From: Candidatus Methanomethylophilaceae archaeon | Lineage (GTDB): Archaea; Thermoplasmatota; Thermoplasmata; Methanomassiliicoccales; Methanomethylophilaceae | Assembly: GCA_050950505.1 (NCBI GenBank) | Contig: JBMNHS010000001.1 | Span: forward strand, 672,001 to 736,000 | Reading direction: 5' to 3' | Length of the DNA: 64,000 nucleotides | In this document: positions 1-10,107 of the stretch, in pieces | Layout of the letters: every line of letters starts with the position of its first letter | Position numbering within the stretch: position 1 is the first letter of the stretch | Notes under the pieces: model-generated | Told to the model about the DNA's origin: nothing | The model's database searches: none | What the model saw: the letters and a program-made list of their open reading frames with translations, nothing else | Translations under genes and position numbers: made by a program

Positions 1-272
1 ACGGTTTCCTTGTCCATCTCGCGGCCGGTGCCTTCTTCGGGACAGTATTCGCTGATCACGCCCAGGAAGTAACTTCCGAACTCGGTTATGAAAAGCTCAT
101 CCAGGCCCTTGATTGAACTGAGATGCTCCTTCCGTGTCGGCATGTACAGCGACATTTCCGTCAAAGCTTCGTCGGAGCATATTTCCAGAGGTCTTCCTGC
201 TTTGTCTGTGTTGTCCTTTCTCAGTTTCTCCCTGAGTTCGTGGAGTTCCGAGTACAATCTGTTCGAGCCCAT
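1..272 (-). CDS. Partial gene (runs off window start) with N-terminal HRDC-like domain, possibly helicase/nuclease-associated
   Basis: Manual translation from ATG at 272 (GGTAGGTG upstream): MGSNRLYSELHELREKLRK...PLEICSDEALTEMSLYMPTRKEHLSSIKGLDELFITEFGSYFLGVI, which fits the HRDC pattern; not in the ORF track. Confidence 0.6.
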   Translation of the reverse strand, partial: MGSNRLYSELHELREKLRKDNTDKAGRPLEICSDEALTEMSLYMPTRKEHLSSIKGLDELFITEFGSYFLGVISEYCPEEGTGREMDKET

Positions 273-361
273 CACCTACCTGATGCATGAGTGACAATTA
301 AAACCTATAGGGTTATGGGCGGTCGGGTGTAAATCTGAACGACAGTTTCGGAAGACTTATA

Positions 362-736
362 TTGGGGACCAGAGGAGAGATTACCGAGACGGTGACGGAA
401 GAAATGACGGCCATCGCCGTGGGCAGCGGAACCCTGCAGGTGTTCGGCACTCCCGCCGTTGCGGCACTGATGGAAAAAACCGCGTACACTTCGGTAATCG
501 ATCAGTTGGAACCCGGTACGAACAGCGTCGGCGCAAAAACGGAAATGGATCATCTGGCTCCGACGCCTTTGGGTTCGGAAGTGACCTGCGTCACAGAATT
601 GACGGACATCGACCGGAGAGTCCTGACTTTTGAATTCTCGGTCAGGGACGCCGTTGGTGAAATTGCCAAAGGCAGGCACACAAGAGTAATCGTCGACACG
701 GCAAAGTTCCTGGACAAAGCGTCAAAACGCGTTTGA
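362..736 (+). CDS. Fluoroacetyl-CoA thioesterase (FlK)-like hotdog thioesterase
   Basis: VGSG-LQVFGTPAVAALME, SVG, HLAPTPLG, G-HTR motifs; TTG start. Confidence 0.85.
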   Translation: MGTRGEITETVTEEMTAIAVGSGTLQVFGTPAVAALMEKTAYTSVIDQLEPGTNSVGAKTEMDHLAPTPLGSEVTCVTELTDIDRRVLTFEFSVRDAVGEIAKGRHTRVIVDTAKFLDKASKRV

Positions 737-2005
737 TCAGAACAGACCGCCGATTATCACGGGCAACAGCAGACATCCCGTGAGAGGTATCCGGCTCATG
801 CCGGACTGTTGCGGAACGAGTCCGATCAATGCAGCCACGGCAAGGACCGTGAATCCGCCGATTCCCGTCATGAGAACGACCAATGACGTCACCGCAACCA
901 ACGCGGCCGCGCTCATGGCCCTGGGATTTATTTTATCCGCGATGCCGGACATCACCCGCCCGGAAAATATCATAAGAACATATCCTATCGTCGCGGCGAT
1001 GCACATGGTAAGCAACAGCAGAATGAAGGATTCCGAACAGAATCCTTTCAGTTCATCGCCGATTATTTCTTTGATTACCGCCGAAGTTCCGGATCTTCCG
1101 CTCCCCGTCACGGACAGAGTGACCAGTGAAAACACCGACGTCACTGTGCCTATGGAAGCAACCAGGGATATGAACGCTTCCGGCCTCTCTTCTTTTTGAA
1201 TGCCTGCGGAAAGGGCGGCGCCGGCGGTCGCGGTTATGCCGGGAAACCATCCGGCCACGGACCCTGTCAGAACACCCTTCAATCCCGGCAGGGGACCGAC
1301 AGGGTCGGTTCCGTAATCGAACTGTTCCGGCAATTCCGTGTTGCCGACGGTGTTCAGCAAAGTGGGTATGCCGAACAATCCGGTCAGAAGGGGAAACAGC
1401 AAAGTCCCGTTTTTGAAAAATCCTTCCGATGGCAGTTCCCCCGTGCCGCAGGCAATTCCCAGCAAACCGGAGGCTATGAACAGGACCAAAGCAAAAAATC
1501 TCCCCTTCAGCCCTTCGGCGGAGAATATGACAACCGCGGCGACAAAGACGACCACATACACCGTCATTCTGTCCATGATCCCGGCGGCACCGTTCAGCAT
1601 GACATACTGAACCGGAACCGAAAGGACGACGGCGCTCAACGCACCCACCGCGCTTCCCGCGGCGGCGGCTCTTACGGCAACCATGCCTTTGCCCTCCGTA
1701 AGCAACCGATGTCCGGGCAACATGGTCAGAGCCTCGTCGGCATCCGGAGCCCCGATGAAAACAGAAGGGATGAAGTCCATGAAGGAATGAACCACGGAAG
1801 CGGACAGTATGCAGGACGAAACAAGTAAGGGCACGGCTTCCGGCTCAGCAAACGCCGATATCGCAGAGAACAGGGAAGTGTAGGACGCCAGCATGACGGC
1901 TGCCAGAGTGTTCACGTGTATCCCGGGGACCAGGCCCGTGAAAGCACCCAACGTCGATCCGACGATACTCGTGGCGAGTATGAGCAGAAGGACTTCCGTG
2001 CCCAT
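737..2005 (-). CDS. Tripartite tricarboxylate transporter TctA family (DUF112) membrane protein
   Basis: GAFTGLVPGIHVNT, HSFMDFIPSVFIGAPD, LPGH motifs; many TM segments. Confidence 0.85.
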   Translation of the reverse strand: MGTEVLLLILATSIVGSTLGAFTGLVPGIHVNTLAAVMLASYTSLFSAISAFAEPEAVPLLVSSCILSASVVHSFMDFIPSVFIGAPDADEALTMLPGHRLLTEGKGMVAVRAAAAGSAVGALSAVVLSVPVQYVMLNGAAGIMDRMTVYVVVFVAAVVIFSAEGLKGRFFALVLFIASGLLGIACGTGELPSEGFFKNGTLLFPLLTGLFGIPTLLNTVGNTELPEQFDYGTDPVGPLPGLKGVLTGSVAGWFPGITATAGAALSAGIQKEERPEAFISLVASIGTVTSVFSLVTLSVTGSGRSGTSAVIKEIIGDELKGFCSESFILLLLTMCIAATIGYVLMIFSGRVMSGIADKINPRAMSAAALVAVTSLVVLMTGIGGFTVLAVAALIGLVPQQSGMSRIPLTGCLLLPVIIGGLF

Positions 2006-2050
2006 TGGACACAATCCTACTCAGGCGATGATAAACGTGTAGAGTTACAG

Positions 2051-2602
2051 TTAGTACTCCAAGCAAGGTTTGCCGTTTTCGATCTTCACGTTGAGAAGAG
2101 CCTTGATTTCAATCCCCTCAAGTATTCCCGAAAGACCCCCGGCTTTGTTGAACACGATGCCCACTTCGGAAACCTCGGCACCGTGTTCGGACAGGGCGGA
2201 AACAACGGCTTTGAGGGTGCCGCCGGTGCTGAGGGTATCATCGACGATAGCAACCCGATCCCCTTTTTTAACGCCGTTTATATACAATTTTTCAGAAGAA
2301 TACCCTGTGTTGCGGGTCACGGCGATTTCGCCCGGAAGTCCGTATTTCCGTTTTCGGATGACTCCGAAAGGTATTCCGGTGCGGAGGGAAAGCACGGCGG
2401 CCAAAGGAATGCCCATCGCTTCGGGGGCCAATATCAAATCGCAATCGAATTCACAAACGTCCATAAGTCCGTCGATGACTTCTTCGAGAAGGTCGGAATC
2501 GACGGGAGGAACCCCGTCGCTCACCGGATTTACGTAATAAGGGTACCCGTTCCGGTCCACCACGGGCCCGGACAGAAAGCTCTTTTTGAGAAGATCGTAC
2601 AC
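2051..2602 (-). CDS. hpt: Archaeal hypoxanthine/guanine (purine) phosphoribosyltransferase
   Basis: YYVNPVSDGVP, EAMGIP, IRKRKYGL and PRPP-binding IVDDTLSTGGT. Confidence 0.85.
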   Translation of the reverse strand: MYDLLKKSFLSGPVVDRNGYPYYVNPVSDGVPPVDSDLLEEVIDGLMDVCEFDCDLILAPEAMGIPLAAVLSLRTGIPFGVIRKRKYGLPGEIAVTRNTGYSSEKLYINGVKKGDRVAIVDDTLSTGGTLKAVVSALSEHGAEVSEVGIVFNKAGGLSGILEGIEIKALLNVKIENGKPCLEY

Positions 2603-2685
2603 GGGCAGGGAATGCTAATGCGAGCATATTAACCTGTTCCGGACGAGATGTATTTAAATGAAGTCCCGATAACAATCTCGATAAA

Positions 2686-3750
2686 ATGGATGTCGCCGAA
2701 AGGTATGACCTGATAATGCGAAACGTGGAAGAAGTCGTCACGGACGATGAGCTCAGAGAACTTATTGAAACCAAGGAAAATCCCACGGCGTACATAGGAT
2801 TCGAGCCCTCGGGATTGGTCCATATGGGTTGGGTCATGGTGGCTTCCAAAATAATAGATCTTACGGATGCGGGCTTCAAAGTCACGGTTCTTTGGGCGGA
2901 TTGGCACGCTTACATCAACGACAAACTGGGCGGAAATCTGGAAAACATAAGAACCTGCGCCAGATACATGGAAGATTGTTTCTCCGCTCTCGGCGTACCC
3001 GAAGATAAAGTGAAATACGTATATGCCAGCGACCTGGTGAGCGACGTGGAATACTGGGAAAATGTAATCAAAGTCGCAAAAGTCACCTCCCTGAACAGAG
3101 TCAAAAGGGCCATGACCATCATGGGCCGTTCCGAAGACGAAGCGGACGTGGACACGTCGAAGATATTCTATCCGATTCTTCAGGCCACCGACATATTCTG
3201 CATGGACGTGGATTTGGCATATGCGGGAATGGACCAGAGAAGGGCACACATGCTCGCGAGAGACGCCGCGGATAAACTGGGATGGAGAAAGCCCGTCGCT
3301 CTGCACACCCCGCTGATACCCGGCCTCGCCGGGGGAAACAGAATGGATCCCGTGGAATCAAAAATGTCCAAAAGCAAACCTGAAAGAAACATTTCGATTC
3401 ATGACACTCCCGATGAAATCAAAAAGAAGATGAAAAAGGCCTTCTGCCCCACGGACCGGGAGTCCGAGGACACCAACCCGGTGTTGATGCTCTGCCGTTA
3501 CATCATCTTCCCGAGATTGGGAAAGTTCGAAATAGACCGTCCGGAGAAATTCGGAGGTCCGGTTTCCTACGCCGATTACGAAGAACTCACCGAAGCTTAT
3601 TTCGGGGAACGGCTGTTCCCGTTGGATCTCAAGAACGGCGTGGCCGACGCAATATCGGAGATTCTCAGACCTGTCGGGGAAAAGTTCGAAAAGGAACCCG
3701 GAAATTACGAAGCTCTCAAAGAAGTGCTGGTCGGATTAGGAAGACTCTGA
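2686..3750 (+). CDS. tyrS: Tyrosyl-tRNA synthetase (archaeal type)
   Basis: AYIGFEPSG-HMG, ADWHA, YPILQATD, GMDQR, KMSKS. Confidence 0.97.
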   Translation: MDVAERYDLIMRNVEEVVTDDELRELIETKENPTAYIGFEPSGLVHMGWVMVASKIIDLTDAGFKVTVLWADWHAYINDKLGGNLENIRTCARYMEDCFSALGVPEDKVKYVYASDLVSDVEYWENVIKVAKVTSLNRVKRAMTIMGRSEDEADVDTSKIFYPILQATDIFCMDVDLAYAGMDQRRAHMLARDAADKLGWRKPVALHTPLIPGLAGGNRMDPVESKMSKSKPERNISIHDTPDEIKKKMKKAFCPTDRESEDTNPVLMLCRYIIFPRLGKFEIDRPEKFGGPVSYADYEELTEAYFGERLFPLDLKNGVADAISEILRPVGEKFEKEPGNYEALKEVLVGLGRL

Positions 3751-4707
3751 TTCCTGCATTTCATTTCTGATGTTGCGGAATACGTCCATGACCTGAGTTA
3801 CGCACATTCCCAGCAAGGCTTCCACATCGCCGGTTCCGGACAGTCCGGCGGCGCCGAGATGTCCGCCTCCGTCACAGTCCGTGTCGGTACCCACGGTCTT
3901 CAGTATATCGCCGAGATTGATTCCCCGCCTCACGATTTCCTGTGTGGCCCGGGAGCTGATTCTGAATTTCTCATCCCGTTGTGTTCCGACGAACACAACA
4001 TCGGCTCCGGAGTTCATGATCGCTCTGCAGGCGGAAGCCTCAAAACTGTTTCCGATGGCCGAGGCGACAATCATGTCGGCCACCCTTTCGAATTTCACGC
4101 GGCCGATGGTTTTCATCACCGCGACACGTTCGGACATACGCACTTCGGCGGATATGGTGGACATGGCTTCATCCATGGCCACTCCGCTCTCCTCCATTAT
4201 TTCCGCAAAATTTCTTAATGTGATTTCTTTCGCAAATTGGAAATGGCCGCTGTCGGTCAGAATCCCGCCCAAAAGAGCCAACCCCACATTCCTGTTTATG
4301 GGATATCCCGCCTCGCGTATGATTTCGGCAATCACTTCGCAGCAGGAAATACTTTCGCAGTCACAGAAGAATCTGACGTTTTCCCATTTTCCCGTGGGGA
4401 TGTGGTGGTCTATCACAATGCTTCCTTCGGGAACTTTCGCATCCAAAAGTTCGGGTGACGAAGTGTCAACAACCACGGTCAGATCGTAATCTTCCGGGTC
4501 ATAGGTCTCAGAATATTCGATTCCGATGTTTTCGATGAAAGTGTTCGCGACGTAATCGGTTCCGCCGCAGGCACATACGGTGCAGTCGGGAAATGATTCG
4601 CACAAGGCGTAGGCGGACCCCATCGCATCCACGTCAGCGTTGTTGTGCACCAATATTGCTTTCTTGCCTTCACGCAGCGCATCCGCCGCTTCCTTGAACT
4701 TTCCCAT
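3736..4707 (-). CDS. DHH/DHHA1 family phosphoesterase
   Basis: HNNADVDAMGS, VVVDTS, IDHH, GILTDSG, GGGH motifs. Confidence 0.9.
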   Translation of the reverse strand: MGKFKEAADALREGKKAILVHNNADVDAMGSAYALCESFPDCTVCACGGTDYVANTFIENIGIEYSETYDPEDYDLTVVVDTSSPELLDAKVPEGSIVIDHHIPTGKWENVRFFCDCESISCCEVIAEIIREAGYPINRNVGLALLGGILTDSGHFQFAKEITLRNFAEIMEESGVAMDEAMSTISAEVRMSERVAVMKTIGRVKFERVADMIVASAIGNSFEASACRAIMNSGADVVFVGTQRDEKFRISSRATQEIVRRGINLGDILKTVGTDTDCDGGGHLGAAGLSGTGDVEALLGMCVTQVMDVFRNIRNEMQESESS

Positions 4708-4719
4708 AGGCCCCAATGC

Positions 4720-6051
4720 TCACTCCGTCTTTTTGAACTTTGCCAAGAGTTTGCCGATCTTTGTGGATCCCAAACCGACAAGCAGGATGTCGGAATTGTA
4801 AAGTCTCACGGTAATCAGTATGGTGACCACGGCGAATATCACGCAGTACACCAAACCCGAAACGACCAACAACACATTTCCGAACAACAGGTTCTGCATG
4901 ATCATCATCGGGTGCGAGAAAGGTATTGCGAACATTATTGCACGCATCACGGGGCCCAAGGAATTCCAGTCCGAAAGAAGGAATATGAACATGGGAATCA
5001 TGGCAAGAACCGATATCGGCAGAGTCATGGTCTGAGCTCCTTTGTAACTCTTGACGAAAGCTCCCAGAATCATACACAATCCCAAAGCGCACATTATGGA
5101 GAGGAACACGACCAACATCGTAATCGCCCACTCAAAGGGACCCAAAACCAACCCTATTTCGGACAGGTCGGTTCCCCCTATGCTCGTGGTCATGCTTCCG
5201 ATGTAAGCATACATTCCTATCATGTATGCTCCGCCGTAAATCAATCCCATCAGGGCGGAAGCAAGAATTTTTCCGCTGACGATGGTCGTTCTTTTGACGG
5301 GCAAAGTAAGCAGAGTCTCGAGAGTTTTGTTCTCTTTTTCGTTGCCCATGGATGATATGACAATGCTTCCCACCACCATGATGACTATCATGATAACAAT
5401 GGGAATCATCAACGTCTGGGTCATCAACGCGTTACTGATGTCCATGGGAGTCGTTCCCGCCACGAACCTGCCGTTGATGTATGTGTAAGAACCTTCAGAG
5501 TCTATTTTGACGGGATTGGTTTTGAATTCGTAATCTTCTCCGATGATGCTTTCGGATATGACGGCTCTGACGGAGTTCACATAAATCTGCAGAATTTCGG
5601 AACCGAGCCCGCTCATCATACCGGTGCCTTCCGCAATGTAATACGCCCGGACGGTTCCCTGTTTATCGTTTTTTATGTTAAGGGTGAAATTCTCGTCTAT
5701 CACCAACGCGCTGTTGAGGCCCAATTCATTCATCTTTTCGATTAGCCATTCTCCGTCTTCGACGGTTCCTTCGGCAGGAATTATCACGACGTGACGCTCG
5801 ATTTCTTCTTCGCTCATGCCTCCGTAGAAGCTCTTTATGACGGCTATGGCCAAATCCGAATATTCGGTATCGCCCCCGTCGTCGAAATTAAGCAATCCGA
5901 AGACCGGAGGTTCGGAAGCGCTTTCCGTCTGCTGACCGATCATGAATCCCAATCCGACGAATATCATAACAACGATGATTATGGACATCAGGGATTCCAG
6001 ATTCAAAAGTTCCCGCAATTCCTTTTTTATGACGTTCAGAAGTTTATTCAA
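4720..6051 (-). CDS. ABC-2 type exporter permease (NatB-like)
   Basis: KKELRE N-terminus, EKENKTLETLLTLPV-R motif, TM helices flanking a large extracellular loop. Confidence 0.85.
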   Translation of the reverse strand: MNKLLNVIKKELRELLNLESLMSIIIVVMIFVGLGFMIGQQTESASEPPVFGLLNFDDGGDTEYSDLAIAVIKSFYGGMSEEEIERHVVIIPAEGTVEDGEWLIEKMNELGLNSALVIDENFTLNIKNDKQGTVRAYYIAEGTGMMSGLGSEILQIYVNSVRAVISESIIGEDYEFKTNPVKIDSEGSYTYINGRFVAGTTPMDISNALMTQTLMIPIVIMIVIMVVGSIVISSMGNEKENKTLETLLTLPVKRTTIVSGKILASALMGLIYGGAYMIGMYAYIGSMTTSIGGTDLSEIGLVLGPFEWAITMLVVFLSIMCALGLCMILGAFVKSYKGAQTMTLPISVLAMIPMFIFLLSDWNSLGPVMRAIMFAIPFSHPMMIMQNLLFGNVLLVVSGLVYCVIFAVVTILITVRLYNSDILLVGLGSTKIGKLLAKFKKTE

Positions 6052-6769
6052 CGGACTTCACCCCTTTGACGAACACTTCCTCCAGATTCAACGCATCATA
6101 TTTTTCCAGCAGTTCGGCGGGGGTTCCCTGCATGATGATTCTCCCTTTGTTGATCATCGCCACCCTGTCACACAGGTATTCAACTTCGTGCATGTTGTGG
6201 GACGACAGAAGAACTGTGACTCCGGAATCCGCGATTTCCCGGATGAGGCCGCGGATGTCATGGGCGTTGATAACGTCCAATCCCGAGGTCACTTCATCCA
6301 TGATTGCAAGTTCCGGTCGGGTCATCATCGCCCGGGCAATCAGCAACCGCCGCATCATCCCTTTGCTGTAAGTGCCGACTTTGCTGTCTATTCTGTCGCC
6401 GAGATTGGCGATTTTTATGCCCTCTTCAAGCATCTGCCCTTTCTTTCCGCCTTCGCTGAAGAAACCGGATATGAACTGCAGATATCTGCGTCCGGTCATT
6501 TCTTTGTAAGCTCCCGCGTCTTCCGGGAGATAACTGATACATTTGCGGACCTTATCGCCTTCGGAAGCCACGTCGTGCCCGCAAACGGTTATCGAACCGG
6601 AAGTTATGGTAATGAGGGTGGAAATCATTCTCAGCGCCGTGGTTTTTCCGGCGCCGTTGGGACCGATCAGTCCGAAGATTTCTCCTTTCTTCACTGAGAA
6701 ATTTATTCCTTTGACCGCTTCCACACCGCCGTAGGATTTGCAAACATCGTTTACACGCAGGGCATCCAT
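6044..6769 (-). CDS. ABC exporter ATP-binding protein (NatA-like)
   Basis: GPNGAGKTT, YSKGM signature, IMDEVTSGLD, SSH. Confidence 0.92.
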   Translation of the reverse strand: MDALRVNDVCKSYGGVEAVKGINFSVKKGEIFGLIGPNGAGKTTALRMISTLITITSGSITVCGHDVASEGDKVRKCISYLPEDAGAYKEMTGRRYLQFISGFFSEGGKKGQMLEEGIKIANLGDRIDSKVGTYSKGMMRRLLIARAMMTRPELAIMDEVTSGLDVINAHDIRGLIREIADSGVTVLLSSHNMHEVEYLCDRVAMINKGRIIMQGTPAELLEKYDALNLEEVFVKGVKSVE

Positions 6770-6833
6770 GGACGGTTGACGTGTAATAAACTTAAAAAGA
6801 TATGTGACGGAGGATTAAGAAAATAGGTAAAGA

Positions 6834-6846
6834 GGGCCAAAGGCCC
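6834..6846 (-). terminator. Hairpin after pfdB
   Basis: GGGCC-N3-GGCCC followed by TCTTT on the minus strand, just downstream of the pfdB stop. Confidence 0.45.
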
Positions 6847-6856
6847 CGAAACCGGT

Positions 6857-7219
6857 TTAAGCGTCTTCCTGTGCGGGAGCGACGTTGCCGAGAGCCTTGT
6901 TGATGGTTTCCTGGAGTGTCTGGTATTTCTCCTGGAGGTTTTTGGCCTGGCGGTCCAAACCGTTGACGCGGATCTCAAGGGTTTCGATGGATTCCTCGAG
7001 GTCATTTTTGATGCCGTCTTTGTCGTCGACCTTAATCAGAAGGGAACCGACGTTTTTGAAAACGTCACCGGTCGCTTTGGCAAGTTCGTCCACAGTGCGT
7101 CTGAGTTCCCTGAGCTGAATCTCCATCTGAGCCTTCTGGGTGTTGACGTTCTGCAACTGCTGCTGAATCTGCTGGAACTGGGTTATCTGATTTTGGAGCT
7201 GGGGGCTTAATTCGTTCAT
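6857..7219 (-). CDS. pfdB: Prefoldin beta subunit
   Basis: Q-rich coiled coil, VFKNVGSLLI hairpin; conserved operon position. Confidence 0.95.
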   Translation of the reverse strand: MNELSPQLQNQITQFQQIQQQLQNVNTQKAQMEIQLRELRRTVDELAKATGDVFKNVGSLLIKVDDKDGIKNDLEESIETLEIRVNGLDRQAKNLQEKYQTLQETINKALGNVAPAQEDA

Positions 7220-7452
7220 TTTTTCACCTTTATGATATTTTCTATGTCTTCCGTTATCGTTATGCTTTCAAGGTATGAATTGACGGCGGCCCTCATTGCG
7301 GAAGCGTCGGTTGCGATAATTTCGATTATCGCAACCCCTTCCTCGGAACGTACCGAAACGCCGGTACGGGGCAGATCCTCGGTCTCCGGTCCCACCGAAG
7401 CGATAACGCTTTCGGCATCGGAGGATCCGATTCTGAGGGTCGCGGTCAGCAT
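7216..7452 (-). CDS. pcc1: KEOPS complex subunit Pcc1
   Basis: SV-PE, LPRT, IIATD-SAMRAAVNSYL motif; lies before pfdB. Confidence 0.88.
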   Translation of the reverse strand: MLTATLRIGSSDAESVIASVGPETEDLPRTGVSVRSEEGVAIIEIIATDASAMRAAVNSYLESITITEDIENIIKVKK

Positions 7453-7456
7453 ACGA

Positions 7457-7594
7457 TCAGTCCGACTTCAGGACCTTCTTTATGTTGGGTCTTTCCTTGA
7501 AGAAAATCCTGGAACCGCACTTTTCGCACTGGAAACCCAAGGTTGCTATGTTCCTCAGGTGCTCGTTGCACTTGGCGCATCTGTAGTCGGACAT
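7457..7594 (-). CDS. rpoP: RNA polymerase subunit Rpo12 (P)
   Basis: MSDYRCAKC...CEKCGSRIFFKERP, 45-aa zinc ribbon; true ATG at 7594 inside a longer track ORF. Confidence 0.93.
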   Translation of the reverse strand: MSDYRCAKCNEHLRNIATLGFQCEKCGSRIFFKERPNIKKVLKSD

Positions 7595-7596
7595 CT

Positions 7597-7848
7597 TTAC
7601 TGCTCCGACACCTTGGAAATTTCCCTTCTGGTTTTGGGAGTGTACGCACCGGCAGCGAACTTGGCGTCGCAGCGGCGGCATTCCCAAATTCCGGAGGATA
7701 CTCTTTTCACGGAGTGGTGGTAGCAAACGGGACATTCATGTCTCTGCTTCTGTTGGGCCTCAATGGTTTTGACCCTGTTGCGGACAATGACACCGTATCT
7801 TGCACCGAACCTTCCCGCGGTACCGGCTTTCTTGGTTCTTTTCGCCAT
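7597..7848 (-). CDS. rpl37ae: 50S ribosomal protein L37Ae (eL43)
   Basis: MAKRTKKAG-AGRFGARYG, CPVC, GIWEC, AGAYTP. Confidence 0.97.
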   Translation of the reverse strand: MAKRTKKAGTAGRFGARYGVIVRNRVKTIEAQQKQRHECPVCYHHSVKRVSSGIWECRRCDAKFAAGAYTPKTRREISKVSEQ

Positions 7849-7853
7849 ATTAA

Positions 7854-8627
7854 TCACTCAATCTTTTTTCTTATTTCTATGCCGGTTTCGACAGCCATGT
7901 CCAAACAGGCACTGAGTTCGTCAAGGCTGATGGATCCCTGACCGCCCTTTTGCATCGCCCTGAAGTTTCCTTCGTCGTCAGTCGTGACGGTGAGACGGGC
8001 CGAAGCAATGTGCTCTTCGTCAAAATTTGGGTCTATTATTAAATCTTTTCCTATTTTGGCAAAGGTTACCGAAATGGGGGTGCAGGTAACGGGCAGAGGT
8101 TTATCCTCGCCCTTTCCGTATCTTTCCCCGGGAATGATTGCATTCTTGATTGCCAACACGGCGGCCAGGTTGCAGGCGTCGAACAGGTTGCCGCAATAAT
8201 CGATTACGTAGATGTCCACGTAGCACATCCAGACTTCTTCCCCGGCGACGATGCAGAGTTTGTCCACATCTATCATTCCGGATTCGCGGATTCCGCGGTC
8301 GACCACACGGGCGAGCTCGATGGAATCTTCTCCGGGCGGGCCGGATTCGAAGGAAGAATGGGCAAGAGGAATGAATTCCGCCCCGGTGGTCAGGACTCCG
8401 CTGTTCGGTTTGTCCGAGAACGGGGTTCCGGGTATGATCTTCACGCCGGCAATCACGGTGGTGTCCCCGAGCGTTACTTTGGCGGAACCGTCGGCGGTTC
8501 CGATCAAACTGATTTCATATTCGATGTTGCGGACGTCCTTGACGCCGCGCCCGTCGGTTCTTTTTCCCTCTTTTAATTGATTCACGATGTAATCGCGTCT
8601 GATTTCTGAAATGATTTTACTGCTCAT
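7854..8627 (-). CDS. rrp42: Exosome complex subunit Rrp42
   Basis: [39 protein letters not shown]; start refined to MSSK at 8627. Confidence 0.96.
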   Translation of the reverse strand: MSSKIISEIRRDYIVNQLKEGKRTDGRGVKDVRNIEYEISLIGTADGSAKVTLGDTTVIAGVKIIPGTPFSDKPNSGVLTTGAEFIPLAHSSFESGPPGEDSIELARVVDRGIRESGMIDVDKLCIVAGEEVWMCYVDIYVIDYCGNLFDACNLAAVLAIKNAIIPGERYGKGEDKPLPVTCTPISVTFAKIGKDLIIDPNFDEEHIASARLTVTTDDEGNFRAMQKGGQGSISLDELSACLDMAVETGIEIRKKIE

Positions 8628-9372
8628 CGGATTCATCCTCCTCTTCTTCGTCATCCACGTCCGCACTGTAGCGTCTCTTCAGAGCATCCTTCTGCATCTC
8701 GTAGACCCGTCCGCAGCCTTCGACGCCCAGTTCTATGGCGCGGTCGAATTCTTCGCGGGTCATGTTTCCGTCCATCTGCAGGAGCACGATTTCTCCTGTG
8801 GTGGGAACAATCGCCATGGGAACGTCGGCTTCTCCGAAGTTGTCTTCCTCTTTGTTGAGATCCAAGAGGACGTGACCGTCGGCTTTGCCGGCGGCGATGG
8901 ATGCGACGATGTCCTTCATGGGTATTCCCGCATCGGCAAGCGCAACGGATGCGGCGGTAAGCCCGGCACACCTGGTGCCTGCGTTGGCCTGCAGAATTTC
9001 GATGTAAACGTCAATGGACGCACGGGGGTAGAGTCCGGTGAGCACGACGTTTTCCAGGGCTTCCGAGATAATCTTGGAAATTTCTACGGATCTTCTGTCC
9101 GTGCCCGGTCTCTTTCTGTCATCCACGGAATAGGCCTGCATGTTGTATTTGCACTGAATAATGGCTTTCGTCGGATCCTGAAGGTGTCTGGGGTGACATT
9201 CCCTGGGGCCGTACACTGCGGCCAGTACTTTGTTTTTACCCAATTCCACATATGCGGATCCGTCCGCATTCTTCAGGACTCCGGCCTCAATTTTAAGGTC
9301 CCGGGGTTCTTCGGCGGTTCTGCCGTCGATCCTTATGCCTTTATCATCAACTAATATCATATCTTCACTCAT
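8617..9372 (-). CDS. rrp41: Exosome complex exonuclease Rrp41
   Basis: [39 protein letters not shown]. Confidence 0.97.
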   Translation of the reverse strand: MSEDMILVDDKGIRIDGRTAEEPRDLKIEAGVLKNADGSAYVELGKNKVLAAVYGPRECHPRHLQDPTKAIIQCKYNMQAYSVDDRKRPGTDRRSVEISKIISEALENVVLTGLYPRASIDVYIEILQANAGTRCAGLTAASVALADAGIPMKDIVASIAAGKADGHVLLDLNKEEDNFGEADVPMAIVPTTGEIVLLQMDGNMTREEFDRAIELGVEGCGRVYEMQKDALKRRYSADVDDEEEEDESDEQ

Positions 9373-9374
9373 GA

Positions 9375-10088
9375 TTACTCATCTCCCTCATCTTCTTCAT
9401 CCTCATTCTGAGGGACTGCACTTTTCAAAAATTCTTTTACACGTTCGGTAAGATTCGCACTTACACTCTCTTCGTCAATCATTTTGATTGCTTCCACGGC
9501 GGCATCGGCATTTGTTCCTTCGCCGTCAATCCAAATCACACCGTTCTGTCCGATGAAAATTCTGCAATCGGTGATGTTCTTGATCATCTGTATCATAGAA
9601 CCGCTTTTCCCGATGACACGGGATACTTTGGTGTGTGAAATGTTGACGATCCTTCCTCCTTCGAGTTTCCGGAGTCCGGAATCTTTCATGGTCATCGAGA
9701 TTTTGTTGCTCTCGTCGACCATGAGTATCTTCAGCATGACGACATCGCCAACGCTGAGGTATTTGGAAGTGTCTCCGAAAGCCACCTTCCAGGGGACCTC
9801 GCTCACATGCAAAGGTGCGGGATAGGGGGCTCCGATGTCGACCATCCATATGGAAGATCCGACATCTTCGATGACTCCGATGACGGTATCTTTCGTCATC
9901 GGCATGTAACGTCCTCCGAGGGGAATCACGCTGACGGTGTTCTGGCGTATTCTTTTCACGCCGAGTATGCCTGCACGGATTTCGCCGCCAAGGAGGTATG
10001 TGTTTTCTCCCGCTCTCATGTTTCCGCCGTCCAATACATCTCCGGGGACGACCACCTCGCGGGGGCTTCTTCTGCTTTTATCACTCAT
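9375..10088 (-). CDS. rrp4: Exosome RNA-binding cap protein Rrp4
   Basis: VVPGD, S1 domain, [18 protein letters not shown]. Confidence 0.96.
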   Translation of the reverse strand: MSDKSRRSPREVVVPGDVLDGGNMRAGENTYLLGGEIRAGILGVKRIRQNTVSVIPLGGRYMPMTKDTVIGVIEDVGSSIWMVDIGAPYPAPLHVSEVPWKVAFGDTSKYLSVGDVVMLKILMVDESNKISMTMKDSGLRKLEGGRIVNISHTKVSRVIGKSGSMIQMIKNITDCRIFIGQNGVIWIDGEGTNADAAVEAIKMIDEESVSANLTERVKEFLKSAVPQNEDEEDEGDE

Positions 10089-10107
10089 TATAAATCACGT
10101 CTTGAAA

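Noticed and set aside
7457-7735. 92-aa ORF suggesting an N-terminally extended RpoP
   Set aside because: The extension overlaps rpl37ae in another frame; the ATG at 7594 gives a normal 45-aa Rpo12.
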